Source of the DNA: Pelagomonas calceolata
Taxonomy: Eukaryota
Direction of reading: 5' to 3'
Length of the DNA: 64,000 nucleotides
Assembly: GCA_918797485.1 (NCBI GenBank)
Contig: CAKKNE010000002.1
Location: 5,766,001 to 5,830,000, forward strand
Part shown: positions 41,531-52,544 of the stretch, piece by piece
Numbering within the stretch: position 1 is the first letter of the stretch
Layout of the letters: the number at the start of each line of letters is the position of its first letter
Notes under the pieces: model-generated
Seen by the model: only the letters and a program-made list of their open reading frames with translations
The model's database searches: none
Told to the model about the DNA's origin: nothing
Made by a program: the position numbers and the translations under genes

Positions 41531-44500
41531 ATGGCACGAGAATGCTCCGCTCCGGTAATCCAGCTAGCGACTACCGTACTAGAAAATCCGGCACTTTTGC
41601 GGGCGCCGCAGCACTGCTCAGCCCAGTCAATCATCAGAGTGAACGCAAGAGAGGCAGAGCCTACCAGTCACCTTGTGACGAGCGCTACCGGCGAGACCCG
41701 TTACCGAGCACGCGGCAGCAGCCATAGACACCACACCAAGCACTGGGTAGCACTGCCAAACGACGAGCCACCGCAAAAAAAAAAAAGGCCCTTCAACTTC
41801 CCGAGCTTCGGCCGCCGCACGTCCAGCAACAACACCTTCAGCACCCCCGCGACGAGCGAGCCCGCGACGCCCATACCGCAAACGCAAACGCGGCGCGGCC
41901 TCCTGCAAAAACAAAAGGCCACGCTCCACTGGGCCGAGCGCTTCTGCTGGATCGAGGCCGGCGAGTTTAGATGGGCGGAACCGTCCCGAGACGACTCGCG
42001 GATGCGAGGGAGAGAGCGGGGTGGTGTGAACTGCGCGGACATCCACGAGGCGCGACGAATTAATGGAGATAGTGAACGGCCGCACCAGTTTTCCGTGAGA
42101 ACAGCACGGGGCACGGTCAAGTTCGCCGCGTCGACGCTAGCCGACGCGGCGGGATGGGTCGCGGCGCTCAAGCCGCGAAGGGACGTCGCGTTATTGAGAG
42201 AAAGGTGCTGGCAGTTCCCGGCGCGCTTAGTTAGGAGTGAAGAAGTCGTCGTGACGGCGACGGCTTCAGGTGGTGTGGTATTGTCGAAGTATGTTGGAAG
42301 AGGTGGTTTTCGGTTGCGCATCGATGGCATCGGCGACGCGACGCCAGAAGAGATCCACGTCGCGCCGGGTACTCTAAAAGCGTTGGGACTGGCGAATGAC
42401 GATGATACGGACCCGCTGTGCGTCGTGGCGGCCGGGTCCGCGCCATGGTCAAGAGCCGAGCACGACGCGGGGAGCTGCTTGCTCGCGCTCGGGCCGGATG
42501 GAAGGAGGGAGTGGAAGGCCATGGTCGAGGACGTCGTCGCGGCGGAGGCGCCCTCAAGGGGAGAGAGCCACCCGTTCCTCGCGGTTCGTGAGCGGCGTCC
42601 TTGTTTTTTTTGAGAGGCGGCGTCGTCCGTCGGGTCGCGTCGACGGCGTGATGGCGCGTCGATGGCGTCACGGTGGCTACGCGTTGCGCCACGACGCCGT
42701 CGACGCGGGACTTAGGCAGAGCGCGCGTGTCACGCCATCGCCGCGACGCGGAAAGGGGAGACCGAGCGACGCGAAACGCAGGGCTGGCGCGACGCGCCCG
42801 ACGGCGCCGAGCTCTTCGCCGAGGGGTCCGACGCGCGGAATGAATTGAAGCGGCTCGAGGCGTGGTTGCAGACGACGGAGTTCCGGGTGAAGGTGGACGA
42901 CGAGCGCTGGCGCTTCCCGACGCGCGCCGCGCCGCCCGCTTCTTCCCTGTTAGAGAGGCGCTTCGTCGTGGCGATCACGTCCGGCGCGCAGAAAACATTA
43001 GTGCCCTGCGCCGGCGGCGAATCCACCAGAGAACTGTTAGATGAGGTCCTCGAGAAGCTACGGGATCGGAGCGAGCGACCTACATCTATCTCAAGAGCGG
43101 GGCCGCCGCCCTTGCCCCCGCGACCGCCTACCACAAGACCGCAGACCATCCAGTACGAAACACCAGAAACGGTGGCCTTGCGACTGAAGAGCCGGAGGAG
43201 CTATTTGCTGAGGTTGGACGCTCCGATTGTGTCAAATAGCGATGTCGCGGACGCGCTGCGGGCGTCGGTCGCGCGAGTACCTACGGTAGAACTAGTCTTA
43301 GAACGAGATTTGTCCGACAGGGACCAATCCTTGTTAACAGCGCAACGAAAACGACTCGAATCCACTCCCATACTCTACGAGGACACGCTGCCGCCCAAAG
43401 AAGTAGCGCAAGCGATAAGATCGACGGATGTGGATAAGCTCGCGACCTTACCCGACGCCGTGCTGGAAACGTTCATCCCGCAGTTGACCCAAGCTCTGAA
43501 ACGAGGACAACCGTGTGACTTACTCACGAAATTCCTACTGGAACGGGCGCTGACGAACCCGGTCTACGTCGGCTCGAGGTTGTTCTGGGCTTTGAGATGT
43601 GAGATGAGACAAGGAGGCGAAGTAGCAGGGAGGCATGGTGCTATCCTAGCCTGCTATCTAGGAGCGTGCGGTTCTAGGTGTAGAGGCGACCTCGCGAAGC
43701 AGGTCGAGCTCGACAGAATACTGGGAGACCTGACGACGACGGCGTCGGAGATGGACGACCGACGAGCTAGGACGCAGTTCGCCCGGCAAAGGTTGAAGTC
43801 TTTGAGTCGATCCGGGGAATTACCAGCAGATTTAGATTTACCTTGTGCCCCGGGCCGACGAGTTGGCAGAATCAGAGCCGACAGCGTCAAGGTCCTCTCG
43901 TCAAAGGCAGCACCCATCCTCTTACACTTCGACGACGCCTCGGATGAAGAAGGGTCACCGATCCTCGCCATCTACAAAGCGAGGGACGATCTCAGACAAG
44001 ATGCGGCCATGTTACAAGTGATGCGCCAGATGGATAGGATGTGGTTAGATGCCGGCTTGGAATGCTGGTTAAGAACCTATTCGGTCTGTGCGACGCAACC
44101 CGATAGCGGCTGGATCGAGGTCGTGAGCGACGCGACCGAGACCGCGGAGGTCCAGCAGACGTACGGCGGCGGCGCTCTCGGTGGCGCCTTCCAGTCCAAT
44201 ACATTGAATAGGTTCCTCGAAGATAAAAATAGGGATGATCCTCGAGCGTTCCCCGCGTGCGTCGAGCGGTTTGCCGCTTCTTGTGCGGCTTGTTGTGTGG
44301 CTACTTATGCTCTTGGAGTGGCCGACAGACATAACGGCAACATCATGCTGTCGACCGATGGTAGGCTGTTCCACATCGACTTTGGGCATGTGCTCGGTCA
44401 TTTTAAGAGGATAAGAGGCGTCGGCGCGCGTCGCGAACGGACCAAGTTAGTCTTAACCCCAGAAATGATGTTCCTCATCAACAAAACGAAGGTCGTGGAA

Positions 44501-44980
44501 AAGAGCTTCATCTTCGACGACGCGGGGACGTCCGACGCCATGAAGCTCCACGACGGGTTTGCGGAACGGTGTCAAGCTCTACTGGACGTGTTGAACAGAC
44601 CCGGGCACGTGGCTTTGTTATTACAAACTCTCAAAGAGTTGGTGCCGGCGGGCCTACCGGAAATTACGGACGAATCCCTCGCGTGGCTGCCTCGAGCTGT
44701 GACGTCGTCGGAATTGAAACCTGAGTTGAAAGCTGCACTGGCCGACTGGGTGAGACGCTTGGACAACGCGAACCATAATAGGGTTCATCGGGAAAGCGGT
44801 TCGGTGCTCAAGCCGCGCGAGCGGCCCGCCTCCACTTTAATGGAGGCGCACGTCGAGGTCGAGGAATTGCGGACGCTGCTGTCGCGGGCGAACGCGCGCG
44901 CGGACGCGTTGCAACGGGACCTCGATCAGCTGCGGGGCCTCGACGGGTCCTCCCGGCCCTCGGGGTCGCGCGTGCTCTAA
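41531..44980 (+). CDS. PH-domain-containing phosphatidylinositol 3-kinase-family protein; intron 42584-42781
   Basis: Exon 1 is PH-like (ERFCWIE...FSVRT...FAAST...WVAAL); exon 2 has PQLTQALK, LFWALRCE, SKAAP, DDLRQD, GVADRHNGNIML, HIDFGH. Phase-0 GT..GCAG intron of 198 bp. Start codon uncertain. Confidence 0.8.
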
Positions 44981-44998
44981 GGGTATTGTTTGTGAATA

Positions 44999-45530
44999 TT
45001 AGGCGTTGTCTACGGCCTTCCCGGCGACTGCGTCTCGCGGGCGCCTTCCCGGCGACGGCGTCTCGCGGGCGCGGAGCGCGGCTCGCGCGTTTCGCAGCTC
45101 ATCCTCGATCCCCGTTGTGGTCGGGTGCGCACCGCCGAGCACCCGCCGCGCGGTCCGTCCTATCTCCTCGAACGTCGTCACGCTTTCGCGGAGATCGTCG
45201 AGCGTGGCGCTGGCGTCCTTGCAGAGCGCCACCGCGTAATTCCACCTCATCTTGAGCGTGAGTTCTTGACTCTCGCCGAGAACGCGTCGCGTCACGGGTG
45301 TCGTTTTGCGCAGCAGCGACTTGGCTTCTTCGAAGCGTTGTAGATCAATAAGGCTATTCGCGTAGTTGCTGGCTTCTATCAGCGTTGTTGGATCTTCCTC
45401 GCCCTCGAGGCTCAGCCACCCAGAGTATACATCTCGCCGCAGGCGTAGACCCTCTTCAGACCGTCCAAGCATTGCATACGAGTTCGCAAGGTTGCCCTGA
45501 GTGATGAGGATGTTGGATTCTGACATGCCC
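44999..45530 (-). pseudogene. 5'-truncated TPR-like repeat gene fragment
   Basis: NLANSY...EEGLRLRRDVYSG...ATLDDLRESVTTFEEIGRTARRVLGGAHP; the apparent N-terminus of the listed ORF is the antisense of a second fragment. Confidence 0.6.
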
Positions 45531-45532
45531 AA

Positions 45533-45700
45533 GACACCGGCGCCACGCTCGACGATCTCCGCGAGGCCGTGACGACGCTCGAGGACCCGGAACGGATCGC
45601 GCGGCGCGTGCTCGGGAGTGCGCACCCGATCACATTGAAGATTGAGGACTCATTGCAAGACGCACGAGCCGCGCTCCGCGCCCGTGAAGACTCAGTGTAA
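45533..45700 (+). pseudogene. Second C-terminal fragment of the same TPR-like family, opposite orientation
   Basis: DTGATLDDLREAVTTLEDPERIARRVLGSAHPITLKIEDSLQDARAALRAREDSV*. Confidence 0.7.
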
Positions 45701-45706
45701 AACAAC

Positions 45707-47143
45707 TTAAATAAACGCCTCCTCGAGCCCCTCGGCCTGCGCCGCCGCCGCCTCGCCGCCGAATTCCAATTCCCCGCCGAGCTCCTCCTCGTGGACCGCC
45801 TGCGTCAGCGCCTCGACGAAGGCGCGGACGTCGCCGAAGCAGTTGTAGAGCGGCGCCGGCGCCACCCTCAAGACGTCGGGTCGCCGCAGGTCCGCGAAGA
45901 TATGCGCCTTCTGGAGCCGCCCAAACACACCCTCGACGGTCCCGTCATTGAATTTTATCGACAGCTGCGCGCCTCTTCTGGAAGGGTCCCGCGGCGTCAC
46001 GATTTCCAAGGACGGGTGCTCGAGCGCTATTAATAACTCCAGGTACGCCGTCAGCTTTAGGGATTTTGCCCGCAACGCATCGATGGACGCGGCGTCGTGC
46101 AATCTATAAGCCTCGCGGAGCGCGACCATGGGTAAAGTAGGGGGGTTCGACAATTGTAGACCGGCCGCGCCCGCCCGATAGACCGGCTCCTGGTTCATCT
46201 CAAAGCGCGTCGACCGCTCGTGGCCCCACCAGCCCCGCAGCACCCCAGGTAAGGAGCGCGTGTCGTGCTTTGCGTGGACGAACGCGCCCGCGATGGCGCC
46301 GGGCCCACTATTCAAATATTTATAGGAGCACCAGCACGCGAAGTCCACCCCATCATCATGCAGCTGCAACGGCACGTTGCCCGCGGCGTGGGCGCAGTCC
46401 AATCCCAATAAAGCTCCTTGCGCGTGCGTGGCTTCCGCGAGTTTACGCGCGTCGAACCACTCGCCCGAGTAGTACTGCACCGCGCCGATGAGAACGACAC
46501 ATAACCCATCGGTTGCGTTGATGGCTTCCACTAATTCATCCGTGCCCCCTTCCACCCTTATGATGTCCTCCTCACTCCCGCCTCGACTGGAAACGCAGCT
46601 CTGCACGGCGTATTCATCACTCGGAAACGCGTGCGCCTCGATCAATATTTTCCTCCGTGTACCTTCTGGTCTATAAAAAGCGGACAGTAAGAGGTGGAGG
46701 TTGACGGTCAGCGAGTTCATCAGGACGACCTCCGAACGTTGGGCACCAACTAACCTTGATGCCTCCTCTTCCGCGCAGTCCTCGATGGTCCACCACCTCG
46801 TGGACGGCGCCTCGTCCTGGTCGAAGTGGCCCTCCACACCGTACGTTGCCCACCTTTGTAAATCGTCAAGCACGGCCTGCTTCGTTTTTTTGGGTTGCAG
46901 CCCCAGCGAGTGGCCGCATAAATATATAGCGTCGCGTCCATGATTAGGAGGCGGGAAGCAGAACTGCTGCCGGTATTCCCTTAATGGATCCGCTTCGTCG
47001 AGCGCTGCTGCTAGCTCTTCACTTCGCACGTCGAGGCCGCGCTTCGATGCCTCGTCGAGGAGTTCCGGGATCTTCGAGGAAGGCGCTTGGTTTAGGATCG
47101 CATCGATGGCCGCGGCGTCGTCGTCGTCGGCGAATGCGGCCAT
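45707..47143 (-). CDS. KYNU: Kynureninase (PLP-dependent)
   Basis: IYLCGHSLGLQP, MNSLTVNLH, AFPSD, DCAHAAGN, DFACWCSYKYLNSGPG, RGAQLS. Confidence 0.95.
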   Translation of the reverse strand: MAAFADDDDAAAIDAILNQAPSSKIPELLDEASKRGLDVRSEELAAALDEADPLREYRQQFCFPPPNHGRDAIYLCGHSLGLQPKKTKQAVLDDLQRWATYGVEGHFDQDEAPSTRWWTIEDCAEEEASRLVGAQRSEVVLMNSLTVNLHLLLSAFYRPEGTRRKILIEAHAFPSDEYAVQSCVSSRGGSEEDIIRVEGGTDELVEAINATDGLCVVLIGAVQYYSGEWFDARKLAEATHAQGALLGLDCAHAAGNVPLQLHDDGVDFACWCSYKYLNSGPGAIAGAFVHAKHDTRSLPGVLRGWWGHERSTRFEMNQEPVYRAGAAGLQLSNPPTLPMVALREAYRLHDAASIDALRAKSLKLTAYLELLIALEHPSLEIVTPRDPSRRGAQLSIKFNDGTVEGVFGRLQKAHIFADLRRPDVLRVAPAPLYNCFGDVRAFVEALTQAVHEEELGGELEFGGEAAAAQAEGLEEAFI

Positions 47144-47304
47144 TTGCCTTGTGCAGGCTGCAGCAGGCTGATTGCTTGCCTGGGGCGAGGTGTGCAGCAG
47201 TGATCAGAGATCACCGATGGATAAGGAGTAATAGGGCTTGCCAGGCGAGCTCAATTGCCCAACCTGCTCACCAATGCCAGCATGCAAGCTTGAGGCTCAC
47301 GCTT

Positions 47305-47328
47305 GCTAGTGCCTTACAGGCCGCTAGC
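47305..47328 (+). promoter_or_regulatory. GCTAG-TGCCTTAC-N5-GCTAGC motif at the centre of the KYNU/KMO divergent promoter
   Basis: About 160-170 bp from each ATG. Confidence 0.6.
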
Positions 47329-47496
47329 AAACTGCTTGGGCCCAAAACAAAAAAAGAGACGTGTCGCGGAAGCCCGTGAGCACAGCTCTGCAAATTATCA
47401 CTCGGTGCATCGGTTCTTAGCCGCTCTTGCACGGAGCTGCCACCTGCGCCCAAAAAGCATTCACAGAGCAAGCTCTCTCCAGCTCAGCCTGCAGCC

Positions 47497-49041
47497 ATGG
47501 CCGAAATGGCCGCGCGGGACCGCAAGCACCAGGAGCTCGGCGACGCGTTGGTAGAGAGACGGCGCCACGAAGTGACCATCGTCGGCGCCGGCCTCGTCGG
47601 CTCTTTATTGGCCGTAGTTTTACGCAGTCGAGGGTATCGCGTCACGGTCTACGAGGGTCGACGAGATCCACGAGAAGGCACGCAAGAAAACAGCGCCGGG
47701 CGGAGCATCAACCTCGTCGCGACGGCCCGTGGCCTCAAGGCACTGTCTACGCTACCCCCGGACGTGGCCACGCGCCTCAAAGCTTTAGGTACAAAAGTAT
47801 ATGGCCGCGTCATCCATACTAGTGAAGGCGAAATCTTAGCGCAGAAGTACGGCAAGAACGACAACGAGTACAACATATCGCTCTCCAGAAGTAAGTTAAA
47901 TGATTTCCTGCTCGGCGAGGCGGAAAGAGCCGGCGCTTCGATCAAGTTCGGCCACCGCTTGGTCAATGTGAAGCTCCCCGCCGATTCTGAGTCTCCAACT
48001 CAACTGGAGTTCACGATGGGCGGCGGCGGCACGTGTTTGACGGCGTGTTTCGGGCCCGTCATTGGGTCCGACGGCGCTGGTTCAGCATTGCGACGAGCCG
48101 TACCGGCCTTCGAAGCTTCTTCGGACATATTGGCGGCGGGCTACAAGGAAGTTTTGTTGCCGGCCCATTGTTCCCAGACCTTGGATCAGTTCGGTTTACA
48201 CATTTGGCCGCGCGGCGACCATTTCCTGATGGGTCTGGCCAATAAAGATGGCTCGTTTACCGGTACCTTATATTTAGCGAACGAGGGTGACCTGAGCTTC
48301 TCATCTTTAAATAGCGAGGAGAAATGGCGCCAGTTCCTGAACGAGCACTACGCCGACGCGTTACCATACATGGACGGCGTCGACAAAGCGGCAGAACAAC
48401 TATACAACAACCCCCTGGGCATGCTCGGCACGGTGAAAGTAGCACCCTGGCGCGTCGGCAATCGAATAGCAGTAATAGGAGACGCGGCGCACGCGGTCGT
48501 GCCGTTCTTCGGGCAAGGCATGAATTGTGGTTTTGAAGATGTCGACTGTTTGGCGCAGGAATTATCTACAAGATGGCCACCTAAGGATGGAACTCCCCAA
48601 AAACTGGAGCAAGCGCTGGAGTCGTACTCACTAAGACGAAAACCAAATGCAGATGCCATCGCACAAATGGCTTTGGAAAACTACGTGGAGATGATGCGGT
48701 CGACGGGCGACCCCGTGTTTCGTTCTAGGAAAGCCATCGAGGCGGCGTTGGAGCGGGATGGGGAGCTAGGAGCTTCATTTCGGTCGCGCTATGCCATGGT
48801 TTGTTATGGGGGCGGCCGGCAAAAAGGCGCCGTGGGCTACGCGCACGCTTTGCGACTAGGCGAGGCGCAGTGGGGCGTCGTCTGTGATTTGGCCGAGGGC
48901 TTTTCGGGGAGCGATTCCCAGGAGGCGGACGCGTTCTTAGATCGCAAGCGAGCAGCTCAACTGCTGGAGGAGCGCGTGTGGCCGTTACAAAAGCAGCTCG
49001 GCGTGGACCTCGCGACCGTGGGGATCGGCTCAGCTTCCTAA
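47497..49041 (+). CDS. KMO: Kynurenine 3-monooxygenase (FAD)
   Basis: IVGAGLVG, GRSINL, YKE, LHIWPRG, N-x-DGSFTGTL, GDAAHAVVPFFGQGMNCGFED, MALENYVEM. Confidence 0.92.
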   Translation: MAEMAARDRKHQELGDALVERRRHEVTIVGAGLVGSLLAVVLRSRGYRVTVYEGRRDPREGTQENSAGRSINLVATARGLKALSTLPPDVATRLKALGTKVYGRVIHTSEGEILAQKYGKNDNEYNISLSRSKLNDFLLGEAERAGASIKFGHRLVNVKLPADSESPTQLEFTMGGGGTCLTACFGPVIGSDGAGSALRRAVPAFEASSDILAAGYKEVLLPAHCSQTLDQFGLHIWPRGDHFLMGLANKDGSFTGTLYLANEGDLSFSSLNSEEKWRQFLNEHYADALPYMDGVDKAAEQLYNNPLGMLGTVKVAPWRVGNRIAVIGDAAHAVVPFFGQGMNCGFEDVDCLAQELSTRWPPKDGTPQKLEQALESYSLRRKPNADAIAQMALENYVEMMRSTGDPVFRSRKAIEAALERDGELGASFRSRYAMVCYGGGRQKGAVGYAHALRLGEAQWGVVCDLAEGFSGSDSQEADAFLDRKRAAQLLEERVWPLQKQLGVDLATVGIGSAS

Positions 49042-49388
49042 ATTCATAGATAGTTACTACAATTTACACAATAAAAACCTGCGCGCGGGACCGTCGCCGC
49101 CAACCCGTCCTCGCGGCGCGTCGAGGCGGTGGGCCCGCGGCTCGTACAAGGCAGCGACGGCGTCGCGGAACGTGGCCACCTGGGGGGAATTATCGCGTCG
49201 ACCGCCACGCCATCGACGCGACGTCTACCACGCCGCCGGCCGCGCGAGGGGGCTCGGCTTACTAGAAAAGGGCGATCACGCGCGCCCTCTGAAAAGTGCT
49301 TTGTTCGGGCGCTCTCTACGTATTGAAAATGCCTCGGTTGTCGTCGTTGCCCCCCGATACACGAAGAATAAGACGCCGGGCCGCGCGT

Positions 49389-50150
49389 TCACCTCATCAA
49401 CCCATAGACCGTCAGCGCGACGGCCTGGCCGCACGCCGTCCTTAGTAATGTCGGCAGCGACGCCCGGTAGAAGCCCCTCAACCCGTCCCGTCGGTAGATG
49501 TCGCGCGCGCAGTCGACGGGAGATGCGAATGTCGGGCGACGGAGGTCCTGCGTCATCATGATCGTCTTGACGCGGTCGATGGGTAGCGTCGAGCCGTAGA
49601 ACGCGACGCCGGCGGCCGCGCCGACGAGCGGTTGTGGTAGCTCGCGGCCGTAGTCGTAAACACCGAACAGCAAAAAGTAGCCCGGTACATCTCTACAAAA
49701 TAAGGGCAGCCAGCCGCGGTAGAAAGCATTCAAACCTCCCTCACGATACATCTGCCGCATCACCACATGCCAACTAAGCGTATCTTGGCGCGTCTGCACT
49801 CGACTCTTTAACGCGTCGACGGGGCACGATAGCAGCGTATTGCAGCCTCCTGCCAAAGCGCCGGCCCATGGCGTACCTCCGTAAAAGTCGTACTGCGCGA
49901 AGAGTGTGCTCTTCACTGGCGCGTACGTCAGGAGCCGCGGGACCAGCCCGCGGAAGAGCGCCGAGACGCCTTCTTCACTTAGCGCCTTTGATGCGACGGC
50001 GCGCGGCCCCTCCAGGACATCAAAAGCCAAAGCGCGGCTCTGGAGCCGTATCTTAATCGTGTCCAACGGGTGCTCGGCGAGGACCTGTGCTACTCCCGAA
50101 GCGAGGCCGGCGCCGGCCGCGCTGGTCTTTGGTGTCGCGTCGTCTGGCAT
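49389..50150 (-). CDS. Mitochondrial carrier (SLC25), resembling carnitine/ornithine carriers
   Basis: Three PxDxxK repeats (HPLDTIKIR, CPVDALKSR, LPIDRVKT) and RDVPGY. Confidence 0.9.
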   Translation of the reverse strand: MPDDATPKTSAAGAGLASGVAQVLAEHPLDTIKIRLQSRALAFDVLEGPRAVASKALSEEGVSALFRGLVPRLLTYAPVKSTLFAQYDFYGGTPWAGALAGGCNTLLSCPVDALKSRVQTRQDTLSWHVVMRQMYREGGLNAFYRGWLPLFCRDVPGYFLLFGVYDYGRELPQPLVGAAAGVAFYGSTLPIDRVKTIMMTQDLRRPTFASPVDCARDIYRRDGLRGFYRASLPTLLRTACGQAVALTVYGLMR

Positions 50151-50320
50151 TGGTGCAGAGCTGCTTAATGTTGCTTTGAGCTAAGGCATGCCATTTTTGC
50201 AGCTCACACGGGGAGGAGCGGTCATAGTTGCATTCATGCGATAGAGATGCTGCGCCCAGACGCCCGACCGGCTTGCAGGGACCCGAGTTCAAGGGGCCTA
50301 AGCCTGCGTGCAGCTTGCGT

Positions 50321-50344
50321 GCTAGTGTCTTAGTGTACGCTAGC
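50321..50344 (+). promoter_or_regulatory. GCTAG-TGTCTTAG-N5-GCTAGC motif in a divergent promoter
   Basis: Between the carrier ATG 50150(-) and the ankyrin ATG 50446(+). Confidence 0.6.
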
Positions 50345-50445
50345 GAGGCTGCCAAGTCGCAAAAAGACGCGTTACCGCGCGCCTGAGCACCCATTTGACC
50401 CAGGAATTTCGGAGCGCTGTCTCCAAGTGCGCAGCTGGCGGCACG

Positions 50446-51384
50446 ATGTACTCGCAACGGAACCGCGAGCTGCACAAGGCTATTCACAATGACTATTACG
50501 CCAAGGTCATCAGCTGCCTCGACGAGGGACCGAAACGAGAGCGCAAGAAAGTATTAGACCAGGCGGATGGAAACGGCGCCACACCGCTGACTCGCGCTGC
50601 ATATGGTGGACACAACAGAATTGTCGCTGCGCTGCTCGATCGCGGCGCCAAAATCGACGAAGTAAATTACGAGGGCAGCTCGCCACTGATTGTGGCGTGT
50701 GATAACAACAAGTGCGAGACGGTAGAGTTACTCCTGGCGCGCGGTGCGAATATAGATTTTAAGACTCGCGTCCGGTATCAAAACGGCTTTACGCCGCTGC
50801 TCGTCGCGTGTCGGCACGGTCACGTCGACATTGTGCGGCTGCTGTTGGAAAACGGCGCAAACATAAACCTGGGGAACTACTGTACGCCGCTGCAGTGCGC
50901 TTGCCGGCACGAAAATGTTGAGGTCGTGGAGTTCCTGTTGGACCGCGAAGCAAGAACCTATTCGCCAGATACTTTAGTAGCCGCGTGCTATGGTGGTAGC
51001 GTCGCCGTGGTTCGTTGTCTTCTTGCGCGCGGGGTCAGCATCACCTTTCGGTCGCGTGAGGTCGCACAAACTAAACCTGAGATCAAGGCGCTCCTCGACG
51101 CCGCCGCCCAGCCACGCAAGCGCAACCTCTCGCACTGGATCAACCGCATTCACCTCCACGTTGTCGGGCCGCGGGGCGACCACCAGGGCTCGGCGCGGCA
51201 CCGGATCCTCAACTGCCAGCATCTCGCACGACACCTTCTGTCCTTCCTGCCGCACCCGCCGTTCCGAACAAAAATGCGCCGCCGATTCCGTGACTCCGAT
51301 GCAGACGACACAGACTCTGACGAAGAAGACAATTTTCTGGTGCGGTTTCCGCCCGGTCCGGAAGCTTTCTTTTCCGCCCGGTAG
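50446..51384 (+). CDS. Ankyrin-repeat protein
   Basis: GATPLTRAAYGGH, GSSPLIVAC, GFTPLLVACRHGH, TPLQCACRH. Confidence 0.9.
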   Translation: MYSQRNRELHKAIHNDYYAKVISCLDEGPKRERKKVLDQADGNGATPLTRAAYGGHNRIVAALLDRGAKIDEVNYEGSSPLIVACDNNKCETVELLLARGANIDFKTRVRYQNGFTPLLVACRHGHVDIVRLLLENGANINLGNYCTPLQCACRHENVEVVEFLLDREARTYSPDTLVAACYGGSVAVVRCLLARGVSITFRSREVAQTKPEIKALLDAAAQPRKRNLSHWINRIHLHVVGPRGDHQGSARHRILNCQHLARHLLSFLPHPPFRTKMRRRFRDSDADDTDSDEEDNFLVRFPPGPEAFFSAR

Positions 51385-51423
51385 GCCCTAACCCTGTAAT
51401 GTTGATACTACTATTAAATTAAT

Positions 51424-52173
51424 TTAAGCCGCCGAATCTTCGCCACTTGGTCGCTCCGCGCTCGCCGTAAACGACCCCGCCGGCGAGGATTTGGTCGCGG
51501 CCCCAAACAGCCCCGCGGTTGTCTGGCAGAGGAGCTGCCCCTTGCGCACGAAGGGTGCGCCCGTCGACGGCAGCACGTCGACGGGGCCCGCCAGGACGAT
51601 GGGCCCCGGCGGGATCGCGTAGACCGACGACGTCCGCGCGGTGTCGTCGCCGCCGTAGATGCTCTGCAAAGTACCTTTCGTCGTGAAGGTCCGCGTGAAG
51701 CCGGCCGCCTCCAGACGTATCCGTAACTTGCCGTCCTGGTACCGGTAGGCGCCCGGCGCGGCGACGAGCAGGGGCGCCGAGCTCTCGACGACCTCGACGG
51801 CGCCGTTCGTTAGCCGCAGCGTCGCCTCGACGGCCTCGCCGCCGATGCCCCGGTTTTCTTGCGTCACGCGCTGCTTCGGCCCGAAGAGGTCCGACGACGG
51901 GTCCTTCGTCGGCACGCCAACCACCGTCATCTCGACGCGCCAGAGCCCGTCGACGCTCGCCTCGCGCGGCGGCTGGGCTGCTGCCGGCGCGTTGTCGCCG
52001 TAGTCGAGCTTCGAGACGGTCTCGTCGTTCGCAAAGGCATCGCTGAGGACGTCGAAGAAGCCGTGGCGCCGCGCGAGAGGCTGCCTCTTGGGCAGGCTAG
52101 GCTGCAGCGCAGCAATGCAGCACGCCAGCAATGCCGCCCTTGCAGCAGGTCGCGTCGACAGCTTCCTGAGCAT
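51424..52173 (-). CDS. Hypothetical, probably plastid-targeted protein
   Basis: Signal plus transit-like N-terminus followed by GFFDVLSDAFAND. Confidence 0.6.
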   Translation of the reverse strand: MLRKLSTRPAARAALLACCIAALQPSLPKRQPLARRHGFFDVLSDAFANDETVSKLDYGDNAPAAAQPPREASVDGLWRVEMTVVGVPTKDPSSDLFGPKQRVTQENRGIGGEAVEATLRLTNGAVEVVESSAPLLVAAPGAYRYQDGKLRIRLEAAGFTRTFTTKGTLQSIYGGDDTARTSSVYAIPPGPIVLAGPVDVLPSTGAPFVRKGQLLCQTTAGLFGAATKSSPAGSFTASAERPSGEDSAA

Positions 52174-52544
52174 CACTACAATCGCAGTTCACTTCGTAAT
52201 TGCACGGAGCAGTAGTTATGCGGTATCTAATCAAGCCAGCTCGAGCCTCGATTCTAGAGTGTCTCGTGTGCTAGTCTTTGTCGTGCGAGATAGCCATCCA
52301 AGCGTCAAAAGGTGCGCCCAGACGCATCCTAGCCGCGAAGACAACTCACAACCACAGCCACGGGTTTTGCATGTAACCGCCCACCAAAGCCTGGCGCTGG
52401 GCAATAACGAGGCGGCGGACGGCCTGCCACGGACGGCAGGGCAGCACAGCGTCGCTCGTCACATATTTAGTGAAGGGGCAGCCCCGGCACGCGCGCGGAG
52501 GCGGCGCGAGGCGCGTCCCAGCGGCAAGCCCCAAGCAGTAGACG

